Below the pieces are notes generated by a model, which worked only from the letters and a program-made list of their open reading frames with translations, made no database searches and had not been told where the DNA came from. A program made the translations under genes and the position numbers. This document shows, in pieces, positions 19,150 through 28,924 of a stretch of 46,405 nucleotides of DNA. Source of the stretch: a virus. Taxonomy: Duplodnaviria; Caudoviricetes. The stretch spans positions 1-46,405 of the IMG/VR virus record IMGVR_UViG_3300037308_000488, one strand, 5' to 3'. Each line of letters starts with the position of its first letter. Position 1 is the first letter of the stretch.

Positions 19150-20682
19150 TTACACCGCCGTACTGTTAGCGTCCTGAGATGTAGTCGTTTGCCAGTTTGC
19201 CAAACCAACAACGGTTGCCCCGAGATACTGCCAGCGGCAATTTGTTGTGTAGTCAAACTCGTTATAGTCACTATCCCAAACTAGGCCAACCGCTCCTGCG
19301 TCGATCGTGTAAAAATATGAAAACGGTTCGGCAAGATAGAACTCGTTGCGCTGTAAACTGAGAACCGCAGAGGCTGTTGTAGCCCGAAGCATAGGGAAAC
19401 CAGACGCCACGACTTGTGTTACATTGATATCCGAATCGGTTATAGTCAGCGAGCCATCCGTGACATAAAAATAAGCCGAACTCATGGAATTGGTAAGCGT
19501 AGCGGTCAAATTGTCGATACTGATCTGGGCTAAAGCGCCTGCAGAGGCTATCCTGGCATTGGCAAAACATGATGAAATTGTATCGTCTTGGGAAGTGATG
19601 GGAATCGCTGCACCTGTACCAGTCGCAGACGGCGTGACAAGAAAATACTGACAGCGCTCAATTGTATTTCGAGCAGACAAGATCGAACTTAGATGGCGCG
19701 GGTCTTGAAAAACCCACGAGGTGTAATCCACTTGGTTATCCTCAAACACTAACGCGCCGAACGAGCCGCTTACGTTGTTATGCCCTGATACGATAACCGC
19801 CACACCGATTCTTGGGGCAGTAGCACTATCCCAGCCTAAATCACAGTTGCGGATAGTTACGCCCCTGCCTGTTGGAGCATTGCGATTGTAAAGAATCTGG
19901 ATGATGGAAGAAGATGTGCCGTGATGACCGTTTATGACTGTACAACCAGCAACCTCCGAGCCTTCACCCGTGAAAATCCCGTACTGTGCCGCATCCTGCA
20001 CCAGACAGTTGTAGATACTGCAGTCGTCCCTTACAGCGAGCGTGCCATCTTTTTGATAGCCACGCATGACTTGGATACCAGAGATAAACTCTCTATCCGT
20101 GCCGTAGATTCCGTAGGGTCGAAGCGAAGCCTCATAGGTTTTTCCGTTTGTAGCCGGGTTTTTGTCTACTCCACTGGCATGGATATACAGGGTCGGCGTC
20201 AGGGTGGCTATGTTAGCGATATACATCCCCGGCAAAGTAACTGCCGCATCCAGCGAGGCAAGATCAGCATACCAAGTACACTGAATATCATTTTCGAAAA
20301 CGTTGAAAAAGTTATTTGCGCCTGCCGTTGGCACGGAAGCAGTATACTCATAAACATTAGTCCGGCCTCCCGTTTTTATCCAGCTGCCACCTGCTATAAC
20401 ATCCGAACCGTCCAGAATTGGCCTTGCTCCGCTGCCATAAGCCTCTACTGTATGATTAACACCAGGCAGAGTCAAACTCTCTCTCCAATGGCTGCCCCGC
20501 GCCAGACCTACACTCTCTCCACTCCCAAAACCAGCAACGGATAATTGTGCTATCGTTTGAAACGCTTGAGCTGGGCTTTTGCCCGAATTGCCATCGTTTC
20601 CGAAAACGGAATCAACGTACCAGTCATAGGCATCACTTAAGCTAGAGACGATAACAGCGGTGCGAGGAATCTTGTATAGCAT
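19150..20682 (-). CDS. Right-handed beta-helix protein (possible depolymerase/adhesin)
   Basis: WYVDSVFGNDGNSGKSPAQAFQTI...LARGSHWRE...AYGSGARPILDG cap; C-terminal LANWQTTTSQDANS; start moved to MLYKIPR behind GGAG. Confidence 0.75.
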   Translation of the reverse strand: MLYKIPRTAVIVSSLSDAYDWYVDSVFGNDGNSGKSPAQAFQTIAQLSVAGFGSGESVGLARGSHWRESLTLPGVNHTVEAYGSGARPILDGSDVIAGGSWIKTGGRTNVYEYTASVPTAGANNFFNVFENDIQCTWYADLASLDAAVTLPGMYIANIATLTPTLYIHASGVDKNPATNGKTYEASLRPYGIYGTDREFISGIQVMRGYQKDGTLAVRDDCSIYNCLVQDAAQYGIFTGEGSEVAGCTVINGHHGTSSSIIQILYNRNAPTGRGVTIRNCDLGWDSATAPRIGVAVIVSGHNNVSGSFGALVFEDNQVDYTSWVFQDPRHLSSILSARNTIERCQYFLVTPSATGTGAAIPITSQDDTISSCFANARIASAGALAQISIDNLTATLTNSMSSAYFYVTDGSLTITDSDINVTQVVASGFPMLRATTASAVLSLQRNEFYLAEPFSYFYTIDAGAVGLVWDSDYNEFDYTTNCRWQYLGATVVGLANWQTTTSQDANSTAV

Positions 20683-20683
20683 A

Positions 20684-21166
20684 CTATCTCCGATCCATCG
20701 CCCCAGCCAAAACATCCAACTCGGTCATAAATGACCTGTCAGCCGAACGGTAAAAAGCCGCAAGAGAGAGCTTAACAACCAACTCGGCTCGATTTGAGCT
20801 TGCCTGAATCGCCGCGTTGAGTAACCCATACTGCGCACCAACAAAACCCATGCTCTCGATCTTGACACGAATCGAATTGCGCTGCGCTCCTGTCAGAGAG
20901 TCAGCGGTAAAACCCTGCTCTGTCACATCGCACAAAAACAGGCACTCTGGCCGCACTGTAAGAATCGCTATGTTAGCCGCGCTCGCTTTCAACTCGACCA
21001 AAACATACTGCGGGGCATCGGCTGGGGGAGGAGCATAGCTCAAAATCACCCAGGAAACAGATTGCACTCGCGGACTAGATTCGGTCACCCCCGGCTCAAA
21101 CTCTGGCACGCCTGGAAAAACCGGCGCCCCGCTCGCGAACGGCACAACAAATCGAGCTACAGGCAT
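20684..21166 (-). CDS. Hypothetical protein
   Basis: RBS AGGAG; tightly coupled in the operon. Confidence 0.6.
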   Translation of the reverse strand: MPVARFVVPFASGAPVFPGVPEFEPGVTESSPRVQSVSWVILSYAPPPADAPQYVLVELKASAANIAILTVRPECLFLCDVTEQGFTADSLTGAQRNSIRVKIESMGFVGAQYGLLNAAIQASSNRAELVVKLSLAAFYRSADRSFMTELDVLAGAMDRR

Positions 21167-22885
21167 CTAAGAATCTCCTGAGATATATGAATCGAGTTGA
21201 GAGTATGAACCATCATTACCCCTGCTCCACAAGCGTAAATTGTCCAAAACGTTACCCGCGTCGGTCGAGAAGATTCCGTGTAGAACGTTGTTGATGATCC
21301 CGCCATCCGATACCGTCTGCGTTGTCCCAACTTGCACTCCGTTATAGTATAGCCGGACTGCAGAACCATCCAGTATAACCCGTAGAATTGCGCCCGCTGA
21401 GTAGGTAACAGCCGTTGATATCAGTTGAGTATATGTTCCAGCCACGCACTTATGCAGCGTACAGGTATTCCCCCCGTTAGTCAGTAAAGCTAAGATGAAG
21501 TTTGCCGGAGACGCCTGCGAATCGAGTTTGAGGATCAACCCTGTATCACAGTTGTTAGCCATAGTAACCGATACGTCCGCTATAACATCTGGAACACCAC
21601 AGTTCACTGACTGAATAAGCTCAGTCAGCGTCAACGCCTTAATCGAGCAGTCATCATAGTAAACCTGCCGGGCTGCAGTAGTAATCCACAACTGAATCGT
21701 GGGGTTAGCAACTCGCACGTAGCCGGCATGCTCCGATTGCGTCCATACCCCGTTAGCGATTACCGCGTCGCCAGTGCATGACAGATTCGTGACACTAATC
21801 CTGCCCGTCCCTGTCCCGACCCCGTTTCCCCAACCCACGACTTTTAGCCATGTGCCAACTGACGAGACAACTTGCTGTTGAGCTCCTTCATTAGCCAAGT
21901 TAGAGATTATCTGTAGCCCCTGCACTCCACTGCGCGCGGCACCACCCAGTTTTGCTTTAGTCGTTGGTGGAGTAGAATAATCGGGCCAGTTGGCTACCCC
22001 AGCCAACTCCATGTCGCCATCTGTCAACAACTCTGCACCAAATGTAGCGGGCGTATTAACTACCTGATTACCCGAAATCTGAAACGTGTTACTGCCAACA
22101 TAAGTTCGGGACAACACCGCTTGCCCATCAGCGCCAGTCGTTTCAGATGCAGTCAGGTTTCCGTTGATACGCGTGAACGTGTCATTAAGTAACTGAGGTA
22201 CTACAAACAAGGCAAACGGGATACGCGCAAAATCCACAGTCATCGCTTGGCGATAAATCGTCATCCCAGGGTATACCGGCGTACTGGCATCTAGTGAACT
22301 AACCCATAGAAGCTTCCACGCTCCGCCCGGGTCTTTCCAGAAAAAGTACCCACCTGCCGCTCGCTGAGTAACAGCAATGTGATAAACTGTGCTTGCGAGA
22401 TACGACCCTACCGCCGTAACTGTACTGGCTATATTAACGTCGTCGTTGATATAAATCGTGCCGATAACAAAACCTATCCCAAATGTGACCCCGGGGGCAG
22501 AATTGTCAAACACCAGGGCATTATCGCCCCATCCAAAGGCAAAATTGTTAACCGTGTTGCCCTTACTGAAGCGGCAGAGAAACGTGCGCCCAAACTCGCG
22601 CACGTGACTGCCATACACAAGGTCAGGGTCGCCATACGTGCCTGCGGCATTAGTCGCCCAAACCGCCTGACTGCTCGAGATCGACAAGACGTTTCCGGTG
22701 TCCGTCACGTTTCGAGTGAGCATTGCAGCCGTACCAATGCCGCCCGGTGTAGCCAACGTACTATTAACCGAGCCGGCTGCCCTGTCATCCAGATAATCAT
22801 CGCGGAGAAGAAACGGCACAACTGGCACACCAGCGATGCTGGATACTGGCAATCCCAATCTGCGTAAACCTAAGCGCAATCCCAT
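21167..22885 (-). CDS. Virion protein with ConA-like and CBM-like beta-sandwich domains
   Basis: ELLTDGDME...YYDDCSIK carbohydrate-binding-module-like segment; VRLYYNGVQVG lectin-like C-terminus. Confidence 0.6.
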   Translation of the reverse strand: MGLRLGLRRLGLPVSSIAGVPVVPFLLRDDYLDDRAAGSVNSTLATPGGIGTAAMLTRNVTDTGNVLSISSSQAVWATNAAGTYGDPDLVYGSHVREFGRTFLCRFSKGNTVNNFAFGWGDNALVFDNSAPGVTFGIGFVIGTIYINDDVNIASTVTAVGSYLASTVYHIAVTQRAAGGYFFWKDPGGAWKLLWVSSLDASTPVYPGMTIYRQAMTVDFARIPFALFVVPQLLNDTFTRINGNLTASETTGADGQAVLSRTYVGSNTFQISGNQVVNTPATFGAELLTDGDMELAGVANWPDYSTPPTTKAKLGGAARSGVQGLQIISNLANEGAQQQVVSSVGTWLKVVGWGNGVGTGTGRISVTNLSCTGDAVIANGVWTQSEHAGYVRVANPTIQLWITTAARQVYYDDCSIKALTLTELIQSVNCGVPDVIADVSVTMANNCDTGLILKLDSQASPANFILALLTNGGNTCTLHKCVAGTYTQLISTAVTYSAGAILRVILDGSAVRLYYNGVQVGTTQTVSDGGIINNVLHGIFSTDAGNVLDNLRLWSRGNDGSYSQLDSYISGDS

Positions 22886-22888
22886 AGG

Positions 22889-23317
22889 CTACCAGATAAT
22901 CGAGCGGCGCGCCACAGTTAGCTGAATGATCATGTCATCAGCGCCAGCATCAACGGCGTTGTTGTCAAACACGCGGATAATCCATCCGGGTGCTAAAAAG
23001 ATTGGAGGAATCGGAGTAGAAATAAAATCGGTGTCAATGAACGCAGACATCGGCTCAACCGATGGAGCGAATGCATAGTTGCGAGTTAAGCTAGCCGCTT
23101 GCACTACGTTTGGGCGGGCTGAATAGATTACGTCCGCCGCGGCATCTTGAATCTGTATCTCCAGCTGGCGATTACCTATCGTAGCTGTAGTAGTTAGCTC
23201 TACCCAAACTGTTAGTATTTGCCATTCCTCAGTAGACGGAATGGTAAACGTTTTATCGCTATCGTTTGCCGTCTCGTTCGCTTCTAGGTCTACCCGCCAA
23301 ACCTCAGATACTTCCAT
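22889..23317 (-). CDS. Small beta-sandwich virion protein
   Basis: RBS GAGGAGG; acidic, beta-rich. Confidence 0.6.
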   Translation of the reverse strand: MEVSEVWRVDLEANETANDSDKTFTIPSTEEWQILTVWVELTTTATIGNRQLEIQIQDAAADVIYSARPNVVQAASLTRNYAFAPSVEPMSAFIDTDFISTPIPPIFLAPGWIIRVFDNNAVDAGADDMIIQLTVARRSIIW

Positions 23318-23338
23318 AAAAACCCTCCTCGAAAACTA

Positions 23339-23365
23339 AAGCCCTTCGGTATACCCGAAGGGCTT
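23339..23365 (-). terminator. Strong hairpin (terminator/attenuator-like) in the leader of the accessory virion block
   Basis: AAGCCCTTCGG-GTATA-CCGAAGGGCTT followed by TAGTTTTC on the minus strand. Confidence 0.5.
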
Positions 23366-23468
23366 GGCGAACCTTAAAGGTTCATGATTGGCTCTCCCGA
23401 CCCCCGCTCAAAAAAAATATCTATAACACTAATCGCCACGCTTAATATACTAAAATTTCTTTACCGTG

Positions 23469-23705
23469 TCAAGGACTCGCTTGTAACAACTTAGATACAA
23501 CCTCGTTGATTGCCTCTCTAGCAGTATCTTTGGGATACAACCGCGTTGCAGTTGGCGCAGAAAACAGAACTGGATTAGCCGATTCGTCAACCAGAACCGT
23601 CAACTGTACTACCGACAGCCCAGCAGATTTTCCGATACTGCGCGCATGCCGGATAACCGGAAACCAGGGCGTCAGTGTGTGATAATCTGGAGGTGTCTCG
23701 CTCAT
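23469..23705 (-). CDS. Hypothetical protein
   Basis: Start MSETPP forms an ATGA overlap with the MuF-like gene stop. Confidence 0.6.
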   Translation of the reverse strand: MSETPPDYHTLTPWFPVIRHARSIGKSAGLSVVQLTVLVDESANPVLFSAPTATRLYPKDTAREAINEVVSKLLQASP

Positions 23706-24328
23706 GGCAACCTCGGAAGCTTCCCCTTGCTCATCGGAGCAGTGGTAGGCGTTAACGTACACTGGCAGTTATAGCCCCTACACTCTAACTGAGGGCATTT
23801 CGGCCAGATACCAGCCTCAGTCCATTGGCTCGCCCGCTTGACTTTGCCGTCAAGCTTGACGCATGATCCACAGTGTTTATCCGTGGCGCCCAATCCCCAA
23901 ACCATTTTTTGATTCCGTTTCGCCATCATATAGCCCCGGGTGTAAAACTCACTATAACGGCTCGCCCATAACCCCATTCGGGCAGTACTGAGCGATAACA
24001 ATTTTTCGTTCGCCTTACTGTTGGCTAGAATGAAATCGCCGAAACCTGCTATATACTGCATTTGCAAAAAAACTGAGGCTGTAAGCTCTTGCACTTCAGC
24101 ATCCGTCATCTCGTCTCTCTCTATCCCTGCCGCCCGTGCGCCCGAAAACCATGCCGAGGTTAGGCCAGCATAAACCGATGACGTGAAACTATCAACGAAA
24201 CTATCCATGGACAGGTTTCCTGCCCACAATCCGTACACAGCCTGCCTCAGAGACGCCGTATACTCGGCTTGCGTCCGATAACGCGGTTGTGAGGCCTCTA
24301 CGATTCGGATTGACGCTGGGAAAACCAT
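23702..24328 (-). CDS. Head morphogenesis protein (MuF / SPP1 gp7-like)
   Basis: After the portal; W...DKHCGSC..LDG...CRGYNCQCTL motif. Confidence 0.75.
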   Translation of the reverse strand: MVFPASIRIVEASQPRYRTQAEYTASLRQAVYGLWAGNLSMDSFVDSFTSSVYAGLTSAWFSGARAAGIERDEMTDAEVQELTASVFLQMQYIAGFGDFILANSKANEKLLSLSTARMGLWASRYSEFYTRGYMMAKRNQKMVWGLGATDKHCGSCVKLDGKVKRASQWTEAGIWPKCPQLECRGYNCQCTLTPTTAPMSKGKLPRLP

Positions 24329-25881
24329 GACTCGATCTCCTGCTGTATAGAATCGTCCGTAGTAGATTCTGTGTCGTCCAATGGCGCTGCCAAAATGTCC
24401 TCGATATCAGCTACGCCAACCGTCTGCATCAGTACGCGGAGCAATGCCTCTGCCGTCTCTCCACTAACAGGCTCAGCAACAAGCGCCCTGTCCACCAGAG
24501 AGCAAAACGCATCAATCGCTTGTTGCACCGAGGCTACGTCAGTCGTTATCAGTGCGTCCGTGCTAGCTGTTATGTCATAGTTAGAGTAGTGCTCCCCTGT
24601 TGCCCACTCATGCGCTGAGAGCACGTAGGTTGCCATATCCTGCCAAACCGATGACCAGAAACCCTGATAGCGATTAAACGCTCTCTGTACAGGAGTTTCC
24701 ATCGCAGAGGCCGTAGCCAGCCGATAGGCATCTCCACGCCCCAACCAGTGAGGATAAATCCTGCCCGCCAGCCCGGCCTGCCCCATAAGCATCGCTCCGT
24801 CTTTTTCCGCATCTACCCCGCCCGTAGACAGATTCATGCGCTCTCGGGTCAATGCCTCATTTTCAATCCAGGTCGAGCCGGAAGCCGGGCGTGGGTTGGT
24901 GTCATAAAAATCTCCCACTGCCAGGCTAGACTGCAGCCGCGCTTTGATCTGGTCAATCGCCCGTTGCCCGCCCTTGGCCACGATCTTATCAACATACATC
25001 GAAACCGCCCGGGCAACAGCCGCCCTGGCCTGCAGAAACTCGCTGTACGTAGATACCCACGAAAGGCCGGTCGTCAATAGCGGCCAGCCCCTCCGGTTTC
25101 TCACCCGGTGCGCAACTAACATAGCTCGTACCCGCGTGCTGTTTTGCTCATCGATGACTGCGGCTGGGTCGATTTGATGATAAGCGACTACCTGGCGCAC
25201 CATGTCTACATCAGCACGCCAATCAATGTAATATTGCGTGGTAAAATTTTGCTTGCTATCACCAGCAGGACTATCCCGGCAATACAATACCGGAACAGTA
25301 GCGTCATCCGGCAGCGCGATAATACCGTCCGATTCTGGACCTCCACGGATCTTATCCGTTTTGATACGCCGTAGTGTTGTTTCACCCGTCATCGTGTTAG
25401 TGAAGTAGACTAGCAAGAAGTCTCCGTCAACGAGCAGTGTTTTAGACAGGTTGTAAATTTCACGCGCAGAGAGCAGATACGAGTTTTCGGGAGCATGCCA
25501 AAACTCATCCCACACCTCTACCGCTGGCTCGTCTTGCGGGATGATCTCAATGTTTAACCCAAAACCAAAATCCGTCCACATATCCACGATGGCTTCAACC
25601 ACAGAATCGCTGTCGTACTTTTCCCGACTCGCCCAAACCGTCCTCAACCTGGTTTCCTCACTCGAGGTATAGTCCATCATTACTGACTGATTCTGTAGCT
25701 GCCGGATTAGCAAATCAATATATTGGCTGTCTATCTCTCCTAAGCGCGATAGAAGCGATTCTATAGGGATAATGGCTGGTCCTCGCTCATAAGCGTCCAT
25801 AAAAATCGAAGCGGCTTCGGTCAAGGCCTTTTGCTCTGGTCGTAGTAGTAAATTCGCGATTCTTTGTCTGATCGTTGGCAC
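24298..25881 (-). CDS. Portal protein
   Basis: 527 aa directly after TerL; LLVDGDFLL and RRGWPLL motifs; GTG start with GAGGAGG. Confidence 0.85.
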   Translation of the reverse strand: MPTIRQRIANLLLRPEQKALTEAASIFMDAYERGPAIIPIESLLSRLGEIDSQYIDLLIRQLQNQSVMMDYTSSEETRLRTVWASREKYDSDSVVEAIVDMWTDFGFGLNIEIIPQDEPAVEVWDEFWHAPENSYLLSAREIYNLSKTLLVDGDFLLVYFTNTMTGETTLRRIKTDKIRGGPESDGIIALPDDATVPVLYCRDSPAGDSKQNFTTQYYIDWRADVDMVRQVVAYHQIDPAAVIDEQNSTRVRAMLVAHRVRNRRGWPLLTTGLSWVSTYSEFLQARAAVARAVSMYVDKIVAKGGQRAIDQIKARLQSSLAVGDFYDTNPRPASGSTWIENEALTRERMNLSTGGVDAEKDGAMLMGQAGLAGRIYPHWLGRGDAYRLATASAMETPVQRAFNRYQGFWSSVWQDMATYVLSAHEWATGEHYSNYDITASTDALITTDVASVQQAIDAFCSLVDRALVAEPVSGETAEALLRVLMQTVGVADIEDILAAPLDDTESTTDDSIQQEIESWFSQRQSES

Positions 25882-25938
25882 AATTCACCTCCTCGGGTAT
25901 GTATAGCCGTATTATCGCACTAATTAATCTCTATGTCT

Positions 25939-27318
25939 CTAGTATTTTCCTACTCTCATGAATTCTTGAGGCCCAAGCAGCCAGCCAATTGCATAACGCA
26001 GAGCGTCAAGTAGGTGAAAGCGCTCCTTATCTTCGATCTCATCTGTAGCTACACCAGAGCGAAATTTCCTGCGATACTCTCCAATCTCCGAGCGTAGATT
26101 CTCACACTCGTCCGAGACAAATAGGCGATTCTCTCGCAACAACTGATACACTCTGTCTATCCCTTCCCATACTCCTGCTATAGGTGACTCTACCATCGGC
26201 AACCCCGCCCCGCGATAATCCACCCTCGCTTGACGTTCAGAAGGCCCTCCGCCAACCCAAGCCGCAATGTTTTTCGCCATAGGAGTTAGCTCTCCCTCTG
26301 CTCCATATCCAGATAGCTCCAGGATATTTCGCGCATGCCCCGGGATTGTCAATCCGAACGGTTGATAATACTCCTGCTCCACAACGAGCACCTCGTTAAC
26401 TTGATCATACACGACCCATACCGCCGCCGTGTAAGCTCCCATAGGATCAACTCCAACTACCCGTGGATACACCCGCGGGAAATCCGGCAGCCCTTTTAGC
26501 AAGTGTGTTTCATCACTATATACATCATAGATAGCGCCCTCAGGCTGCGCCCAAAGCCCCTTGTATAGACGATTATACGTAGACCCTGTCAATCGCTGCA
26601 GCGCCGCTAAACGGATCTCGCCGCCCGGGGTAAGTTCCCCGGTTTTCGGATCATATATCTCTGGATTATCACGGTGAGTGGATTGCAAAAATACCATCCC
26701 TCGCTTAGCCCGCTGCAAAATCCAGTGCGTAGGTGCTGCAGGATTACAATCGCCAATCACTATACCCCGAGCTACCCCGTCTATTCGCATGTTCCCGGCT
26801 CGGCCATTAGCACGAGTAATTAAAAACTCCCAGTCGGCCTGATCTAGTTCTTCAGCCTGGTTCACATAGATTAAATCCCGTTCCGATGACAACACTTTGC
26901 TAGCTTTGTCCAACCCACCCAACCAGATTACCGAGCCATTTGGGTAGATATACCGTTCTGGTCTACGGTCCCCTCCATATGGGATAACACCGTCCTCAGG
27001 ACGCAGTATCTTGTTCTGAAAAGTTTGCACAACCGATCCGTGCAGCGTCGCCGCGTACTTACGGATAATTGCCCACTGGCCACGAGGATAAGCCCAGGCT
27101 AACTGGTTGAGATAGGATAGAGCCGCCAGGGTTTTCCCTGTATCGGCCGGGCCAGAAAGCATAATCTCTTGATCCATATGAGAGAAAAGCTCAGCGTTCG
27201 CACCCAAAAATAAATACCGCCATCCCCTACCCTCTACACCCACGGGAGACAACCAGTCTATGATTTTCTGCCGCATCAACTCGCTTAAATTATTCGTTAA
27301 ATTAATCCGGCTGAACAT
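25939..27318 (-). CDS. terL: Terminase large subunit
   Basis: Walker A GPADTGKT, coupling motif DCNP, HRDNP, nuclease VGVDP and HLLDALRY. Confidence 0.93.
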   Translation of the reverse strand: MFSRINLTNNLSELMRQKIIDWLSPVGVEGRGWRYLFLGANAELFSHMDQEIMLSGPADTGKTLAALSYLNQLAWAYPRGQWAIIRKYAATLHGSVVQTFQNKILRPEDGVIPYGGDRRPERYIYPNGSVIWLGGLDKASKVLSSERDLIYVNQAEELDQADWEFLITRANGRAGNMRIDGVARGIVIGDCNPAAPTHWILQRAKRGMVFLQSTHRDNPEIYDPKTGELTPGGEIRLAALQRLTGSTYNRLYKGLWAQPEGAIYDVYSDETHLLKGLPDFPRVYPRVVGVDPMGAYTAAVWVVYDQVNEVLVVEQEYYQPFGLTIPGHARNILELSGYGAEGELTPMAKNIAAWVGGGPSERQARVDYRGAGLPMVESPIAGVWEGIDRVYQLLRENRLFVSDECENLRSEIGEYRRKFRSGVATDEIEDKERFHLLDALRYAIGWLLGPQEFMRVGKY

Positions 27319-28081
27319 TTGTTAGCAACTCGAACGATTTTTGAATTCGGCTAAGCGTATCTCTATCTGAGACATTTTGAGACACCGCCAGCGTCAATGC
27401 CTGGTAAAAATTCGCAACCTGCTCCACCGACAAATAGAGCTGCATCTCCAACATGCGCTTACGTTCGCTCTCTATCAATTGTTTCCGCAACCGAAAAAGC
27501 TCCTGAATCTCCCCCCACGCTACATAATCAGCCGCCCCCCTATCTAAGACTGGGCCAAGATCGATCAAACTGCGATTAAGCCGAAAACTATCTTCCGCCT
27601 GAATTGCCGCTTGAATATCCGTATAAATCTCCCTAGCCTTTGCCCACATAGCCCCAGCTTCACCAGAGTCAACCCTGCTTAATACATCAGCTATACGAGT
27701 ATCAATAATATGTATTGCCTCAGTTTGCTCGAGCAGCTTCGAATCAGTAGCAATAAAATCAAATTTCTCCCGCAACCTCTTCGGAAGATAACGAGAAAAT
27801 TTTCCGTTTTTCCACTGACTCGACGCCATCCCGGATTTACTGCTACCCCCATGAACAGAACAAACCCGCTTTCCTCTCGACACAATTCTCAGGCATTGCC
27901 TACCCTCACGTTTATTCCAAGCCTGACAACGACGTTTCCCTCTCCTTGATACAACTGGGAAATCAGGCGAAAAAAGAGCCTCGGGGGTATAATTTTCCGG
28001 CTTCGGAACATACTCAACCTCAGACGATGGTTTATAACGATGATGCAATTTCGCAGCCGGAGAATCAGGCAAATTAACCAT
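27302..28081 (-). CDS. terS: Terminase small subunit (HGGxSTG-domain)
   Basis: C-x10-C-x9-C-xx-HGGSS...WKNGKFSRY; overlaps the terL start. Confidence 0.75.
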   Translation of the reverse strand: MVNLPDSPAAKLHHRYKPSSEVEYVPKPENYTPEALFSPDFPVVSRRGKRRCQAWNKREGRQCLRIVSRGKRVCSVHGGSSKSGMASSQWKNGKFSRYLPKRLREKFDFIATDSKLLEQTEAIHIIDTRIADVLSRVDSGEAGAMWAKAREIYTDIQAAIQAEDSFRLNRSLIDLGPVLDRGAADYVAWGEIQELFRLRKQLIESERKRMLEMQLYLSVEQVANFYQALTLAVSQNVSDRDTLSRIQKSFELLTNVQPD

Positions 28082-28157
28082 AGGTACAACTCAAATCATA
28101 GGTATAGGTAGCCGAACAAATTCAGTTCTCCACGAAATTCGTTGATTCGATTCAACC

Positions 28158-28232
28158 GTATCCACACTCTCACTCGTATCCACACTCTCACTCCCGAACG
28201 CAACTTCTATGTATACCGCAAGTATACCGCAA
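28158..28232. repeat. Two tandem duplications upstream of terS
   Basis: GTATCCACACTCTCACTC x2 (28158-28193) and GTATACCGCAA x2 (28211-28232). Confidence 0.85.
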
Positions 28233-28244
28233 TTTCCCGAAATA

Positions 28245-28335
28245 AAAATTGCCTCTTGACAACCGCTAAATTTGTTGTATAATGTTATCGAGATCAAATA
28301 ATGTATATATAAAAAAAAAAGGAGAAAACAAAATG
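28245..28335 (+). promoter_or_regulatory. Early promoter-RBS cassette, copy 1
   Basis: TTGACA (28256)-16 nt-TATAAT (28278), then AGGAG-AAAACAAA-ATG. Confidence 0.88.
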
Positions 28336-28650
28336 AACACGGATAGCATTGAAAAACTAATCGAACTGGGGGGGAAAATCTGGGAGAAAGGTAATTTTCA
28401 ACGAATTTATTTTTCTCCTGAACTTGCAATGGATTTAGACATTTCATACTACAATTCGGGCAACATCTCCGGCGCCACATGCCAGGGTTACCGAATCAGC
28501 AACTCTGAAGCCGGACGAGCTCTCGGTGTAAAAATTTGGGTTGATATGAATACTGGCAAAGTCAGCACCAAATACGCCAACCGCTTACAGGTAACCTGCC
28601 GGGACGCGCTGAATGAATTTACTGAGAAACTAGAACGAGTGACCAAATGA
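28333..28650 (+). CDS. Hypothetical early protein
   Basis: Start at the cassette ATG (MNTDSIEK); GGKIWEKG..RIYF motif. Confidence 0.75.
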   Translation: MNTDSIEKLIELGGKIWEKGNFQRIYFSPELAMDLDISYYNSGNISGATCQGYRISNSEAGRALGVKIWVDMNTGKVSTKYANRLQVTCRDALNEFTEKLERVTK

Positions 28651-28922
28651 AAACACGTGAGCTAAAAAATTTCGATAAATTTTACTACAACAAAGGCGCT
28701 CGCCACCTGAGCGCCTTTGTCGACAAGGATCTCAACCTGGGTTATGCCCCGGATGTCTTGGCAGTCAGGGGTCGAGAAACAATCAGTTTCGAGCTCATCT
28801 CCGAAACCAAAGACTCCTCTGGCGCAGTAATAGCCTGGCACTATCAAGTGTCCAAGCATAACTACCTGCGCTTTACACTAGCCGACCTGCAACTAACGCT
28901 ATATAACGACACAGGGATATAG
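28647..28922 (+). CDS. Hypothetical protein
   Basis: ATGA-coupled ORF. Confidence 0.65.
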   Translation: MKTRELKNFDKFYYNKGARHLSAFVDKDLNLGYAPDVLAVRGRETISFELISETKDSSGAVIAWHYQVSKHNYLRFTLADLQLTLYNDTGI

Positions 28923-28924
28923 CC

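Noticed and set aside
704-23317. Diversity-generating retroelement acting on the adhesion genes
   Set aside because: No reverse transcriptase, and no TR/VR pair differing at adenines was seen.
723-27949. Numerous plus-strand ORFs opposite the late operon
   Set aside because: Antisense shadows of the tightly packed minus-strand genes, with no RBS or recognisable motifs.
28091-28480. Minus-strand track ORFs over promoter cassettes (also 35433..35729)
   Set aside because: Shadow frames antisense to AT-rich promoter repeats, with low-complexity translations.
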